The notes beneath the pieces were generated by a model. The model ran no database searches, was not told the origin of the DNA, and saw only the letters and a list, made by a program, of their open reading frames with translations. From assembly GCA_038861545.1 (NCBI GenBank), contig JAWCCZ010000001.1, positions 256,001 through 320,000 of the forward strand: 64,000 nt of DNA. Direction: 5' to 3'. Position numbers and translations under genes: made by a program. This document shows positions 1 to 9,684 of this stretch, one piece after another (position 1 is the stretch's first letter; every line of letters begins with the position of its first letter). The DNA comes from Thermofilaceae archaeon (GTDB lineage: Archaea; Thermoproteota; Thermoprotei; Thermofilales; Thermofilaceae).

Positions 1-1513
1 CACTGGTGTGCAACTAGGTGACATCGTAGATCTCGCTGGTATTAAGTTGAAGGTAGTCGGTTTTTATGACTCGAAGACTCTATCCTCTATAAAGGACGTT
101 GGAGGTTACGATATTTTACCACTAAGTACCCGCCCCGATGGGGCGGTTGAACCAGTTCATCCGGACGAAATGGTAATTATAGCGCCAGAAGTAGCTATAA
201 GGCTAGGAGGATTTACAAAACGAATCTACGCGAAAACCGGCAGTGATCGTGAGCTTTTGAATTTGGCTAAGAGGTTAAGCACACAGGAAGAGTATATAGC
301 CGTAGCTAAGCCGGCAGACGGGTATATTAGGATTTACTTCCCAGGATTCACTGTTGAGTTTAGGGGGAACGAGGCTTTCTTGCCGATGGCTTTCGTATTT
401 CTGAATATAGCAACCGTGGTTTTAGCGTCGGTTTACGAAAGAAGAAACGAGATTTTTACGCTAGCTTCTATAGGTTTGAACCCTACTCACATATTTTCAA
501 CATTCCTATCCGAGGCCTTTCTACTAGGTTTCATCGGTGGGGCACTTGGGTACCTTACGAGCTTTACAGTATTTAAAGGTCTACAGTTATCTGCAGCAAT
601 GGTGCCGGTCGATGTAAAAAGCGACTTCCATAGTATGCTTTTCATCATAAGCTTGTCAACAATTTCATCCGTAGTTGCTGGTATAATTCCATCCCTTAAG
701 GCTTCAGCTTATGCCACTCCATCTTTAACTAGGCGATGGAGACTAGAGGCGGAAGTCGCAAGCGGTGTATGGAAAGTTGAAATCCCAGCCAGGGTGACAG
801 AAGACAAAGCACTACAGTTCACCGAGTTTATTGTTGAAAGGTTAAGAGAAGAAGGGTACGGAATAGAGCGGGTTATAACAGACGTAAGCATGCATGAAAA
901 GGTTGAAGGGGGAATGCAGACCTACGAGATTAAGTTTACTTACAGTAAAGGTGGCGGACAGGCCTTCACGGCTCCAAGCAGGCTGGTTATAAAGCCTTCA
1001 AACCAGGAGTTTTACAGCGTCCAGCTGCTAGTGGAGCCACGCTCAGCGTATCCAAAGCTTTATCAGAGGCACGTGCAGGAAGTATCGAGTTTTGTCAGAA
1101 ATGTGACCCTTGAATGGGCGTCACTGCGGGTTAGATTATTGGTGCCTGTGGGAACTGACCCAAGTTCTGTAGTGGAGCTTATCCGTCACTACAACCCACA
1201 ACTTGTAATAATTATAAGTAGAAGAGGAGATCCAAAAATCGTTAGAGAAATCAGAGGTAGGATTCGCGGTTTAGGATTACGTCCACCAGCGGTTGAACTC
1301 ATCGACCTTAAAAGTAAACAAATTGATGAGCTGGTAATTGAAGTTAAAAACCTTATTTCTAAGGCAGATATTATTGCAATAGACTCGGATGACGGAGTCT
1401 TAAGCGCTATAGTAGCACTCGTGGCTGCAACTGAGGGACGAAGGGTATCGGTATTGAAGAATGGAAAAGTCGAAGAAACAAGCGTAGATAAGCTCCTTAG
1501 ACCAGCTGCTTAA
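1..1513 (+). CDS. Large FtsX/MacB-family ABC permease (5' end outside window) with extra C-terminal CARF/Csa3-like domain
   Basis: Frame open from the window edge; SVYERRNEIFTLASIGLNP and FLSEAFLLGFIGGALGY FtsX permease motifs; about 128 extra aa after VRNVTLEWASL. Confidence 0.85.
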   Translation, partial: TGVQLGDIVDLAGIKLKVVGFYDSKTLSSIKDVGGYDILPLSTRPDGAVEPVHPDEMVIIAPEVAIRLGGFTKRIYAKTGSDRELLNLAKRLSTQEEYIAVAKPADGYIRIYFPGFTVEFRGNEAFLPMAFVFLNIATVVLASVYERRNEIFTLASIGLNPTHIFSTFLSEAFLLGFIGGALGYLTSFTVFKGLQLSAAMVPVDVKSDFHSMLFIISLSTISSVVAGIIPSLKASAYATPSLTRRWRLEAEVASGVWKVEIPARVTEDKALQFTEFIVERLREEGYGIERVITDVSMHEKVEGGMQTYEIKFTYSKGGGQAFTAPSRLVIKPSNQEFYSVQLLVEPRSAYPKLYQRHVQEVSSFVRNVTLEWASLRVRLLVPVGTDPSSVVELIRHYNPQLVIIISRRGDPKIVREIRGRIRGLGLRPPAVELIDLKSKQIDELVIEVKNLISKADIIAIDSDDGVLSAIVALVAATEGRRVSVLKNGKVEETSVDKLLRPAA

Positions 1514-1626
1514 AACTTGCATACTTACATATGAGTCCTGTTTTGCCAAGCTAGATTTTTACGGGTCTTCGACCACTGGAAAATGGGCCTATACAAATTT
1601 ATCTTAGCTTTTTCGGATATTAGCTC

Positions 1627-2532
1627 ATGAGCGCTTTAACAGTGCTCGGTGGAAGTCGGGCGGAGCACATTGCAGTTGGTTTAGCTAAGCTACTTAAGGC
1701 TGAATTAGGTGAAGTCGAGGTTACCAAGTTCCCTGATGGAGAAACATACATAAGGCTTCTACCCGATGTAAAAGGACGCCGCGTGGTATACGTCAACACC
1801 TTACAGCCTTCACCTAACGATGCTTTAACAGAGACTTTCCTCACTTTAGACGCTTTAAAAGACTTAGGGGCTAGGGAGGTACATGCCATTATACCTTACA
1901 TGGCCTACGCACGCCAAGATGAGAGATTCAGACCTGGGGAAGCTATTAGTATAGCGACAGTTGCTAAGCTCTTTAAGTCACTTGAGCTGGATTCGATTTA
2001 TACTGTTGATATGCATCTACACCGTGTAACCGACCCGTCTAGGCTATTCGGTGCAAGATTCAGAAACCTGACAGGTGTTCTTGAGCTCGCAAAGTATGTT
2101 AAACATCGGTCTGAGCTTAGGGAGAATGCTATTGTAATAGGACCTGACGAGGAAGCCGAGCAATGGGCTAGGATAATGGCGGAGGATTTAAACCTAGATT
2201 ACGCAGTTCTAGAGAAGAAGAGGTACTCTGCTACAGAGGTCAGAATAGAGGCGCGAGGCGCTGATGTTGGGGGTAAAAAGGCAATAATTGTTGACGATAT
2301 AATATCTACTGGAGGCACAATAATAGAGGCCGCTAAGGTTCTTAGGGAGTTAGGGGCTTCCGGCGTCATCGTCACATGCGTTCATCCTGTACTGTCTGGT
2401 AACGCGTACGCTAAACTACAAAAGTTGGACTTATTAGATTTAGCTGGCACAGACGCTGTATTAAGCCCAATAAGCCATATACCCATAGCACCCGCTATCG
2501 CAGAAGCTTTAAAAAACGAGCTTTCTCTCTAA
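1627..2532 (+). CDS. prs: Ribose-phosphate pyrophosphokinase
   Basis: KFPDGETYIR, IPYMAYARQD and IIVDDIISTGGT PRPP-binding motifs. Confidence 0.97.
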   Translation: MSALTVLGGSRAEHIAVGLAKLLKAELGEVEVTKFPDGETYIRLLPDVKGRRVVYVNTLQPSPNDALTETFLTLDALKDLGAREVHAIIPYMAYARQDERFRPGEAISIATVAKLFKSLELDSIYTVDMHLHRVTDPSRLFGARFRNLTGVLELAKYVKHRSELRENAIVIGPDEEAEQWARIMAEDLNLDYAVLEKKRYSATEVRIEARGADVGGKKAIIVDDIISTGGTIIEAAKVLRELGASGVIVTCVHPVLSGNAYAKLQKLDLLDLAGTDAVLSPISHIPIAPAIAEALKNELSL

Positions 2533-2570
2533 TTATCAGTTTTCTTTTTAGTTTGTAGAGGCTTAAAATA

Positions 2571-3305
2571 TCATTTATGTTCGAGTTTTTCAAGTGGCTT
2601 AACGTTGCCATAACAAGGTTTAGGTCCGCAAACGGGCGCTGCCCAACGCACCGCGTTAGCTATCACTTTTCTAACATTCTCATTGTAGTACGTAGGGTAG
2701 CTTTCATGCCCAGGTCGGAAGTAAAAGATTCTCCCTAGGCCACGGTAAAAGCAACAACCACTTCTAAATACTTCGCCCCCCTCGAACCAACTGATGAATA
2801 CGAGCTCATCTGGCTGTGGAATGTCAAAGAACTCTCCATACATTTCCTCGTGCTCGATCTCAAAGTACTCTCCTAAACCTCTAGTGATTGGATGCCATGG
2901 AGCTACAACCCATATGCGCTCTTTTTCACCAGCTTCTCTCCATTTCAAGCTGCAGCTAGTACCCATCAACCTGCGAAAAATCTTTGAGTAGTGCCCTGAG
3001 TGTAGAACGATTAAGCCCATACCCTCTTCAATTATCCTTCGGTATATTCTTTCAACCACCTTATCCTCTACCTTATCGTGAGCTGTGTGCCCCCACCATA
3101 TCAACACATCCGTGAGTTTGAGGATCTCGTTACCTAAGCCATGCTCTGGCTCTTGCAGAGTAGCAGTTCGAACTTCAATATCAGGCTGCTGACGAAGGTA
3201 CTCCGCTATAGCTTCATGTATACCCATAGGGTATACACGCGCGATTTCAGGCTCTGTTCTCTCATGTATATACTCGTTCCAAACGGTAATTCTTATCTTT
3301 TGCAC
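2571..3305 (-). CDS. thuA: ThuA-like (trehalose utilization) protein
   Basis: [41 protein letters not shown]. Confidence 0.92.
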   Translation of the reverse strand: MQKIRITVWNEYIHERTEPEIARVYPMGIHEAIAEYLRQQPDIEVRTATLQEPEHGLGNEILKLTDVLIWWGHTAHDKVEDKVVERIYRRIIEEGMGLIVLHSGHYSKIFRRLMGTSCSLKWREAGEKERIWVVAPWHPITRGLGEYFEIEHEEMYGEFFDIPQPDELVFISWFEGGEVFRSGCCFYRGLGRIFYFRPGHESYPTYYNENVRKVIANAVRWAAPVCGPKPCYGNVKPLEKLEHK

Positions 3306-3405
3306 GTAAGTCTATTAGCAGCATCTTAGAAAAATTTTTGCAAAAAATCAAAGCAGATTAACGATACCTTTAAAATAGCTTTTGTAGCAGCGCGGAGTAT
3401 CGGAG

Positions 3406-3825
3406 ATGGAAAGAACTGAAAGTATTGAGGAAAGCAATCATCGAGTCGTGGGTAAACATGTTTATGGGAACCTGTATGACATCGATTTAACAGTAGCTGG
3501 CGACGAGGAGAAATTAAAGAAAATAGTGGAAGAGGCCGCAGAACTCGGTAAAATGAGGTTATGGGATCTGAAATCTTGGAGTTTTGGAGGAGGTAAAGGA
3601 GGTGTTTCCGTAATTGCACTGGTTGTGGAGAGCCACATAGCCATTCACACATGGATAGAGTATGGCTACGCTACAGTTGATGTATACACCTGCGGTGAGC
3701 AAAGTGACCCATTCAAAGCCTTCGAACACATTATTAAAACACTTAAGCCCAGGTTCTATACATTTAATTATGCAGATAGGAGCAGCATTCCCAGAATCGA
3801 GAGAATTTATAACTTAAAGCGGTAA
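3406..3825 (+). CDS. Pyruvoyl-dependent decarboxylase proenzyme (AdoMetDC family), likely crenarchaeal arginine decarboxylase
   Basis: E-SHIAIHTW self-cleavage motif; GKHVYGNLYDID, WSFGGGKGGVS and YADRSS resemble the crenarchaeal ArgDC paralogue (from recall). Confidence 0.85.
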   Translation: MERTESIEESNHRVVGKHVYGNLYDIDLTVAGDEEKLKKIVEEAAELGKMRLWDLKSWSFGGGKGGVSVIALVVESHIAIHTWIEYGYATVDVYTCGEQSDPFKAFEHIIKTLKPRFYTFNYADRSSIPRIERIYNLKR

Positions 3826-4076
3826 AATTCACCATTTTATCGAAGTTTCTTGGGCTCATCAACAATTAAATAAAGTTTAAGTTAATATGTTTAAATTATT
3901 TTAATAAACATAGAATTTTATGAAAATTTGGTAAAATTATTATATAATAATTTTATATTTGCTAAGTTTATTAACTGTATTTTTAGTAAACTATTTAAGT
4001 AACAAATAATATAGTAAAAATTATAAAAAGTAATGCTTATATATTAAATTTATATATGTATAATTGATCGGAAACG

Positions 4077-4970
4077 ATGATATTAGATTGGCGGAAAGGT
4101 ATAGTTTTTCTTATAGTAACATTACCTCTCATATTTATGATACTTACACGCTATACTGCTAGTGCTGCAGATCCCCTTAGACAAGCAGAGGAGACTGCAG
4201 AAAATATTAGGGGGGAGACCGGACTAGTGGTTAATGGTCCTTTTAATACTCCTATTTTCTCATTTGAGTTAGTAAACATTTCTAGCTTGGATGAAAAGAT
4301 CTTACAGGGTCCCAGTCTACAAAAGTATAAGCCAGTTTTCGCCGTAAAGGAGAAGCAAAGTTATGATCTATACGTTATACTTTATGATTATTATCATGAT
4401 GAATACTTAATTCTCTATATACACCCTAATGGAAGCCAATTGGTAAAGAAACTATTTTTCACAAAGGTTTCAAGTGAATATATTGAAAAGGAGGGATCGA
4501 GACAAGAGGTTGTTATCAACGACAACAAAAAAGTTACGATAGAGGGACATTTAGCATGCCAGCTTGATAAGTATACAGCAGAGTATGTTTCGCTTCAAAC
4601 ATCCTACATGGATTTTGACTGTTGGTATACTACGAAATTCGGGTCATATAACCTTGTCACCACACATGCTAAAGGACGCGTATTTTATATTCCAGGTCAG
4701 TATGTTACAGGCTTTACAGATAGATCCTATGATGTAATACATGATCCTGGCATTACAGGATGCTGGTTTAAATCGTCTTCATCAGGAGCCGGTTTGCCGC
4801 AAGCAACTTTAAAGGCAGAAGGAAAATACTTGATCTGTTGGAGCCTAATCCCCCTTCCAGTGTCAACTCAATGGAATCAGTTTGCTCGGTTTATCTTTGA
4901 CGCTGTAACAGAGACTCCCGATTGTGAAGGCATGCATAACTCTTGGGTATCATATAATTGTAATTGTTAA
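4077..4970 (+). CDS. Hypothetical secreted protein with Cys-rich C-terminal half
   Basis: 297-aa ORF with hydrophobic N-terminal signal ending ASA-ADP; 7 Cys, ends YNCNC; AT-rich context. Confidence 0.75.
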   Translation: MILDWRKGIVFLIVTLPLIFMILTRYTASAADPLRQAEETAENIRGETGLVVNGPFNTPIFSFELVNISSLDEKILQGPSLQKYKPVFAVKEKQSYDLYVILYDYYHDEYLILYIHPNGSQLVKKLFFTKVSSEYIEKEGSRQEVVINDNKKVTIEGHLACQLDKYTAEYVSLQTSYMDFDCWYTTKFGSYNLVTTHAKGRVFYIPGQYVTGFTDRSYDVIHDPGITGCWFKSSSSGAGLPQATLKAEGKYLICWSLIPLPVSTQWNQFARFIFDAVTETPDCEGMHNSWVSYNCNC

Positions 4971-5060
4971 ATAACATTAAGTTTTGCATTAAAAAGTAGA
5001 AGTTTAAAGTAAATACCTTCTAGCAACAAAATATACTGAAAAGTCATGTTTAGAGAATTC

Positions 5061-6113
5061 TTAGTCAAATACAACTTCAGGAGGGTAAATCCAATTGAGA
5101 TATCTAAGCTGTATGTGTGCTTCATGGATCCAGCCTCTATGTATTAACAGCCTATAGCGGAAGCATATAGGGTCTGTTACTAACAAATCACCAGCTCTAT
5201 GGCCAGTGAATTCAGAGAGACCGAAGACATTAGCTGTCATCAAACCATAATCACGTGCATGCCAATAAGTGGGGTGCCGAGGATTTAAGTAGTGATCGAA
5301 AATAGTCACACCATATATACGGTTAGCAAGGGGGCCACTGTAATCACACCACTCTGCTTTCTTACCCCATACTTCCTTTTCGTTAACTCCGCCCCAGCTA
5401 TTCATTATTTTTCCGCCACTTAATACGTTCATTGAGTTGGCCACCCGTATCGAGACCATTCCAGCCTCCTTCGTATCGCCAAGCATAGTTTCACCCTTTG
5501 GTTTAAGGAGCACATCATAATCAATTAACCATTCCCCGCTAGGTGTGTTCCAGAAGCGTATCCTTCTATCCTCTAGAAGGAAGCACGAACCTTCTGACTC
5601 CCACGAGTTTTCAACAGCTATTTCAGCATACACCGGTCCAGAAATTAAGCGTGTGAAACGCAGGAGTCGTATTCTACCTTCTCCTGCCCAAAAGTCAATT
5701 CCATTTACATTACCATGGGCTGTCCAAAGAGAATGATGGTGAGGATGATCGCTCGGCGAGTTTTCTGTAACACTGGAATTCTTATTTACATTTAATGGAT
5801 AGACGTAAGGAATCCTAACTTCACGGTACCTATAGCTTGCTATATGCTCGAAGCCACGCATAAGTTTAACCTCGCTTCCCGTATCAATAAGCCGGAATTC
5901 CATAATGGGAGGTTCATCTAAAAGTAGGAGTTCTCTGATTTCCCCAGCTCTTAAGTAGGGTATAATGAAGGAAAGCTTACCCTCTAAAACATGAGAGGGG
6001 TAAAGGTACCCGGCCTTATCCCTCAACATGTAAGTTCCATCACTCAGTTCAGTGAAAGTTTCACAGGGGGTTTCTATAGCATCGCGGAATCCTCGGATCT
6101 TCAGCTTCGTCAC
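5061..6113 (-). CDS. DUF6807 / PmoA-like family protein (carbohydrate-associated, function unknown)
   Basis: DHPHHHSLWTAHGNVNGIDFW, WCDYSG, PTYWHARDYGL. Confidence 0.8.
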   Translation of the reverse strand: MTKLKIRGFRDAIETPCETFTELSDGTYMLRDKAGYLYPSHVLEGKLSFIIPYLRAGEIRELLLLDEPPIMEFRLIDTGSEVKLMRGFEHIASYRYREVRIPYVYPLNVNKNSSVTENSPSDHPHHHSLWTAHGNVNGIDFWAGEGRIRLLRFTRLISGPVYAEIAVENSWESEGSCFLLEDRRIRFWNTPSGEWLIDYDVLLKPKGETMLGDTKEAGMVSIRVANSMNVLSGGKIMNSWGGVNEKEVWGKKAEWCDYSGPLANRIYGVTIFDHYLNPRHPTYWHARDYGLMTANVFGLSEFTGHRAGDLLVTDPICFRYRLLIHRGWIHEAHIQLRYLNWIYPPEVVFD

Positions 6114-6121
6114 AGATAGAT

Positions 6122-6133
6122 GAGAAATTTCTC
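6122..6133. promoter_or_regulatory. Palindromic putative operator GAGAAATTTCTC
   Basis: Perfect 12-bp palindrome between a TATA-like element and the start codon of 5061..6113. Confidence 0.35.
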
Positions 6134-6155
6134 TGTGAAAAAGTTAACGAAGATA

Positions 6156-7568
6156 CTATTTTGTTTTAATTCGCATATCAAGTTCAGTGATTATAGGTTT
6201 CGCCCAGTCAGCTAACGCGAGCCAAGCAGCCATCAACACACCTCCAACGATATTACTAAGCATTATGCCTGTCCATACACCTAATGGTCCCCAGTTCATG
6301 GGAAACGCTAGAAGATAAGATATACCAACTCTCACTAACCATAACCTGCCTATGTTGATCACTGTAGCTGCCATTGTACGACCAGCGCCTCTAGCGGCTG
6401 AAAAGCCACACATGAAGAAAGCGAAGAAGGGGAGTCCCAGAAGGATTGTATCTAGAAACTGAAGACTAACATCGGTTACTGTGGGGTTCGAGGTAAAGAT
6501 GTGAACTACAGAGTCTCTGATAAAATACATTACAAGGGATGAGGCGGCTACGATGGAAGCAACGAAGAGCGAACCTTTTAAGGCACTGCTTTTCGCTCGG
6601 GCGAGCTCGCCTGCACCAAGCAGTTGCCCAATAATGATTGCTATCGAGCCTGATAATCCCCACATGGCAGCATCAGCGATGTCCAGAACGATGAAGCCTA
6701 TCGAGTAAGCAGTAGCTACTTCAACACCAAAGGAATTAACAAGCCTCAGTTGTGTCATGAAGGCAGAGCTGTTGAGCATGGACATCACAGCTATGGGACC
6801 TCCAACTTTTGCAACCATCTTAACCCATACCATGTCGAAGTTTCTGGTTAGGTTAGGTTTGATTTCTTTAAAGCGGTAGTTAAAAAGCGTTAAAAGAAGT
6901 ACAAGCGAAATAATAATACCAATTGTGTCTGTCAGTGCAGAACCTATGGGACCCATGCGAGGAAAGGGCCCGATTCCGAGTATAAGAAGAGGGTCTAACA
7001 CTGTATTAACAGCCATGCCGAAGAAGTTTATGAAAGAGGGTAACTTAGTTTCACCAATAGATGAGAGAATTGTAGTTAAAGTCATGGTTACCGCTGAGAG
7101 CAGCATGTTGAACGAAGTGACTGCTGTATACTCCATTACATGGTAATATATCTCCGATGGCGTCGAGACGACATATCTAAAAATCCAAGGTCTTAAAATG
7201 AAAAATGTCATTGACGAAAACATACCAACAAATAGAGCTGCCGTAAAGAATCTTGAAATTTCTTTTTTAACCTCTCCAAACATTTTTGCGCCCATATACT
7301 GTGCAACAACACTTGTTCCAGCAGTGCCAAGTGCATTTAAAAGGGCCATGAAGAAGAATTGAACAGGGAAAACCTGTCGGGGTATAGCTATAGCGTTTTC
7401 ACTGAATAAACTTAGCCAGAGAGAGTTTAAGACATTATAAGATAAACTAATTAACTGAGACAACATAGGGGGTGCTCCCAGCTTTAACAGTGTAGTTATT
7501 AATGACCCCTTAATTACACGGTCTCTATATCCTTCAAGCCTTGTTGCATGCTCCACTTTAACCACCAA
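6156..7568 (-). CDS. MATE family efflux transporter
   Basis: About 12 TM segments; NTVLDPLLILG, GQLLGAG, GPLGVWTG motifs. Confidence 0.93.
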   Translation of the reverse strand: MVVKVEHATRLEGYRDRVIKGSLITTLLKLGAPPMLSQLISLSYNVLNSLWLSLFSENAIAIPRQVFPVQFFFMALLNALGTAGTSVVAQYMGAKMFGEVKKEISRFFTAALFVGMFSSMTFFILRPWIFRYVVSTPSEIYYHVMEYTAVTSFNMLLSAVTMTLTTILSSIGETKLPSFINFFGMAVNTVLDPLLILGIGPFPRMGPIGSALTDTIGIIISLVLLLTLFNYRFKEIKPNLTRNFDMVWVKMVAKVGGPIAVMSMLNSSAFMTQLRLVNSFGVEVATAYSIGFIVLDIADAAMWGLSGSIAIIIGQLLGAGELARAKSSALKGSLFVASIVAASSLVMYFIRDSVVHIFTSNPTVTDVSLQFLDTILLGLPFFAFFMCGFSAARGAGRTMAATVINIGRLWLVRVGISYLLAFPMNWGPLGVWTGIMLSNIVGGVLMAAWLALADWAKPIITELDMRIKTK

Positions 7569-7751
7569 ACACTACAAGCGGCAATTTACTGCCGGCTCAG
7601 CGGAGGCTCTCCCTCAGCCCTATTTAAAACTTTAATAATATGTAACGTTATAATTGACTTAAGTAGTACTGGATAAAGATTCAGGCAATACTTGCCGAAA
7701 TGTGGACTTGAAGATCGTAAAATTTTACTCTCCTCAAAATATACCTTACTT

Positions 7752-9641
7752 GTGGGTCGTAAAATTTTAGTTCTAACATTTGTACTTATGCTAGCGGTCA
7801 CAGAGGTTTTGCAGGCGATACCGCAGCAGCTAAAGGTCGTAGGTTTTGCATGGATTTCAGCGCCGGCGGTAATGCAAACAGAAGAGGGTTATGCTGGCAC
7901 TACGACTAACGTGACTGTTTTGATCACTGAAGGCTGGGGCGATGTCTATGTGTCTACCTACTCGCTTACACAGGAGGATTTTCAAGGTGCTGCAACAGCT
8001 GCAGCTCGGGTTGTTTGCAACCTGCTCGGAGTGAATTTTTCCGATTATAACTTCTACTTTAAGGTTCAAGGAACTGCCGTTATTGTCGGGGGCCCAAGCG
8101 CGGGCGCAGCCATGGCTGTAGCCGTATATTCAGCCCTCACAGGTGCTCCAATCAACAGATCGGTGATGATTACTGGGATGATTTCACCAGATGGCACTAT
8201 TGGTCCTGTTGGAGGAGTGTACGAAAAAGCACAGGCTGTCGCTTTGAATGGCGCGAAGATATTCCTTGTACCACCGGGACAGAGCGTAGTTGTAACGTAT
8301 ACCACTGTGGAAAGAAGAGTTGGGCCATTTCGAGTTTATAGCACTCAGCCCAAGGTTATCAACCTCACAGAACATGCAAGAAAAGAATGGGGGCTTACAG
8401 TGACGGAGGTTTCAACCGTCAGAGATGTTATGAAGTTTTTCTTTAACGTGGAAATCTCCCAGCCTTCTCCTGGGACAATTGTGATCAGCGATGAGGTTCT
8501 TGAAAAAATAGCTGAGGTTAAAGTCAAGGTACTTTCAAAAGCTGAAGCGGAGCTGGCTAGCGCCTCCATAATGATCAATTCATCCTCACTGAACAGGCTG
8601 GTTCGAGCGTTGTTGAACAGGAGGCTTTCCGACGCTAGAGATTACCTAGTCAGGGCTAAAGCTCTGCGAGGCGTTGAATCCATTCAATTGCTGACGTATA
8701 GCATTTCAATGTCCCGCTGGGTTTCTCTATTGGCTAGCTACTACTCAGGTGATGAGCTGAACCAATACGTATCAGACTACTTCAATAGGTTAAGCGTATT
8801 TTTAGCATCTATTGAAGAAAAGAATCCTTGTAATTTCCAAGAGCTTAATTACCTGGTAATAGCAACTGACTTAGCTGTCCGCGCAGCGCGTCTTTATAAC
8901 GAGTCGGCGCGTCTTTGGTCCAGCGATCCAGATGTGGCATTACAAAACTTAGCTTATTCCTCAGCATTTTTAGAGGAAGCGGAAGCATGGATCGAAAACT
9001 TAGATAGGGGATCGCCTTTCCCCGCCCAGCAAGTAGCACAAACTTATCTCTCAATTGCAAGATCAACGTGGCCTTATGTATATTCAGTGCTAAGCACATC
9101 GGGCGGGAGTACATCCCTTGTCGAAATAGCCAGTAGCTACTATAGCTTCGCGGTCTCATCATATTCGTCTGGACGTAGTCTACTGGCAGCAGTTGCAGCA
9201 GCGAAAAGCGTTGCAATAGCGGAGGCAGCAATTTTATCGTTGCAGTCATCAGCTACCGGCAACGACATTTACTTTAGGGTTTCTAATGAGCAAGCACTAG
9301 CAGCGGTATCTCAGGCATATGATCTTTTAGCCGGCGTCTACTTCCTTAATTTTAGTTCTTTGGTAACACCGCAGGACGCTTTATCAATGTATAAGCATGC
9401 CACTCATTTAAGCACTTTAACTTTAGCGCTTGCCAAGTCGAGAGGTTTTGAAAGCCTAACTGTGAAGTATGAAAAAATTCATCAGAATTCACAACTACCT
9501 CGACCGAGCGGAAAGCGGGAGGGGAAAGGAGAGGAGAATTTAATAGATAAGTTCCTCAGTTTATTCGAAAAAATTGCCGATATAATCAAGGGTTTTTTCA
9601 AATGGTTTGCTAACATGCTCACCAGCGATAGCAATGTTTAA
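7752..9641 (+). CDS. Secreted archaeal S16 (Lon-like, ATP-independent) serine protease
   Basis: GGPSAG Ser and PVGGVYEK Lys dyad; no AAA domain; start placed at GTG 7752, which gives a signal peptide. Confidence 0.88.
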   Translation: MGRKILVLTFVLMLAVTEVLQAIPQQLKVVGFAWISAPAVMQTEEGYAGTTTNVTVLITEGWGDVYVSTYSLTQEDFQGAATAAARVVCNLLGVNFSDYNFYFKVQGTAVIVGGPSAGAAMAVAVYSALTGAPINRSVMITGMISPDGTIGPVGGVYEKAQAVALNGAKIFLVPPGQSVVVTYTTVERRVGPFRVYSTQPKVINLTEHARKEWGLTVTEVSTVRDVMKFFFNVEISQPSPGTIVISDEVLEKIAEVKVKVLSKAEAELASASIMINSSSLNRLVRALLNRRLSDARDYLVRAKALRGVESIQLLTYSISMSRWVSLLASYYSGDELNQYVSDYFNRLSVFLASIEEKNPCNFQELNYLVIATDLAVRAARLYNESARLWSSDPDVALQNLAYSSAFLEEAEAWIENLDRGSPFPAQQVAQTYLSIARSTWPYVYSVLSTSGGSTSLVEIASSYYSFAVSSYSSGRSLLAAVAAAKSVAIAEAAILSLQSSATGNDIYFRVSNEQALAAVSQAYDLLAGVYFLNFSSLVTPQDALSMYKHATHLSTLTLALAKSRGFESLTVKYEKIHQNSQLPRPSGKREGKGEENLIDKFLSLFEKIADIIKGFFKWFANMLTSDSNV

Positions 9642-9684
9642 AAATGGAGACAAACTTTTAAGAATACTTTCTTTTCCCACATGC

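Noticed and set aside
1570-1590. CCACTGGAAAATGGG resembling an ORB origin box, with the AT-rich tract at 3.85-4.07 kb as a possible unwinding element
   Set aside because: Single weak copy, over 2 kb from the AT tract, and no cdc6/orc1 or whiP nearby
5061-6113. Methane monooxygenase interpretation of the PmoA-like label
   Set aside because: Soluble protein with no TM helices and no pmoB/pmoC nearby
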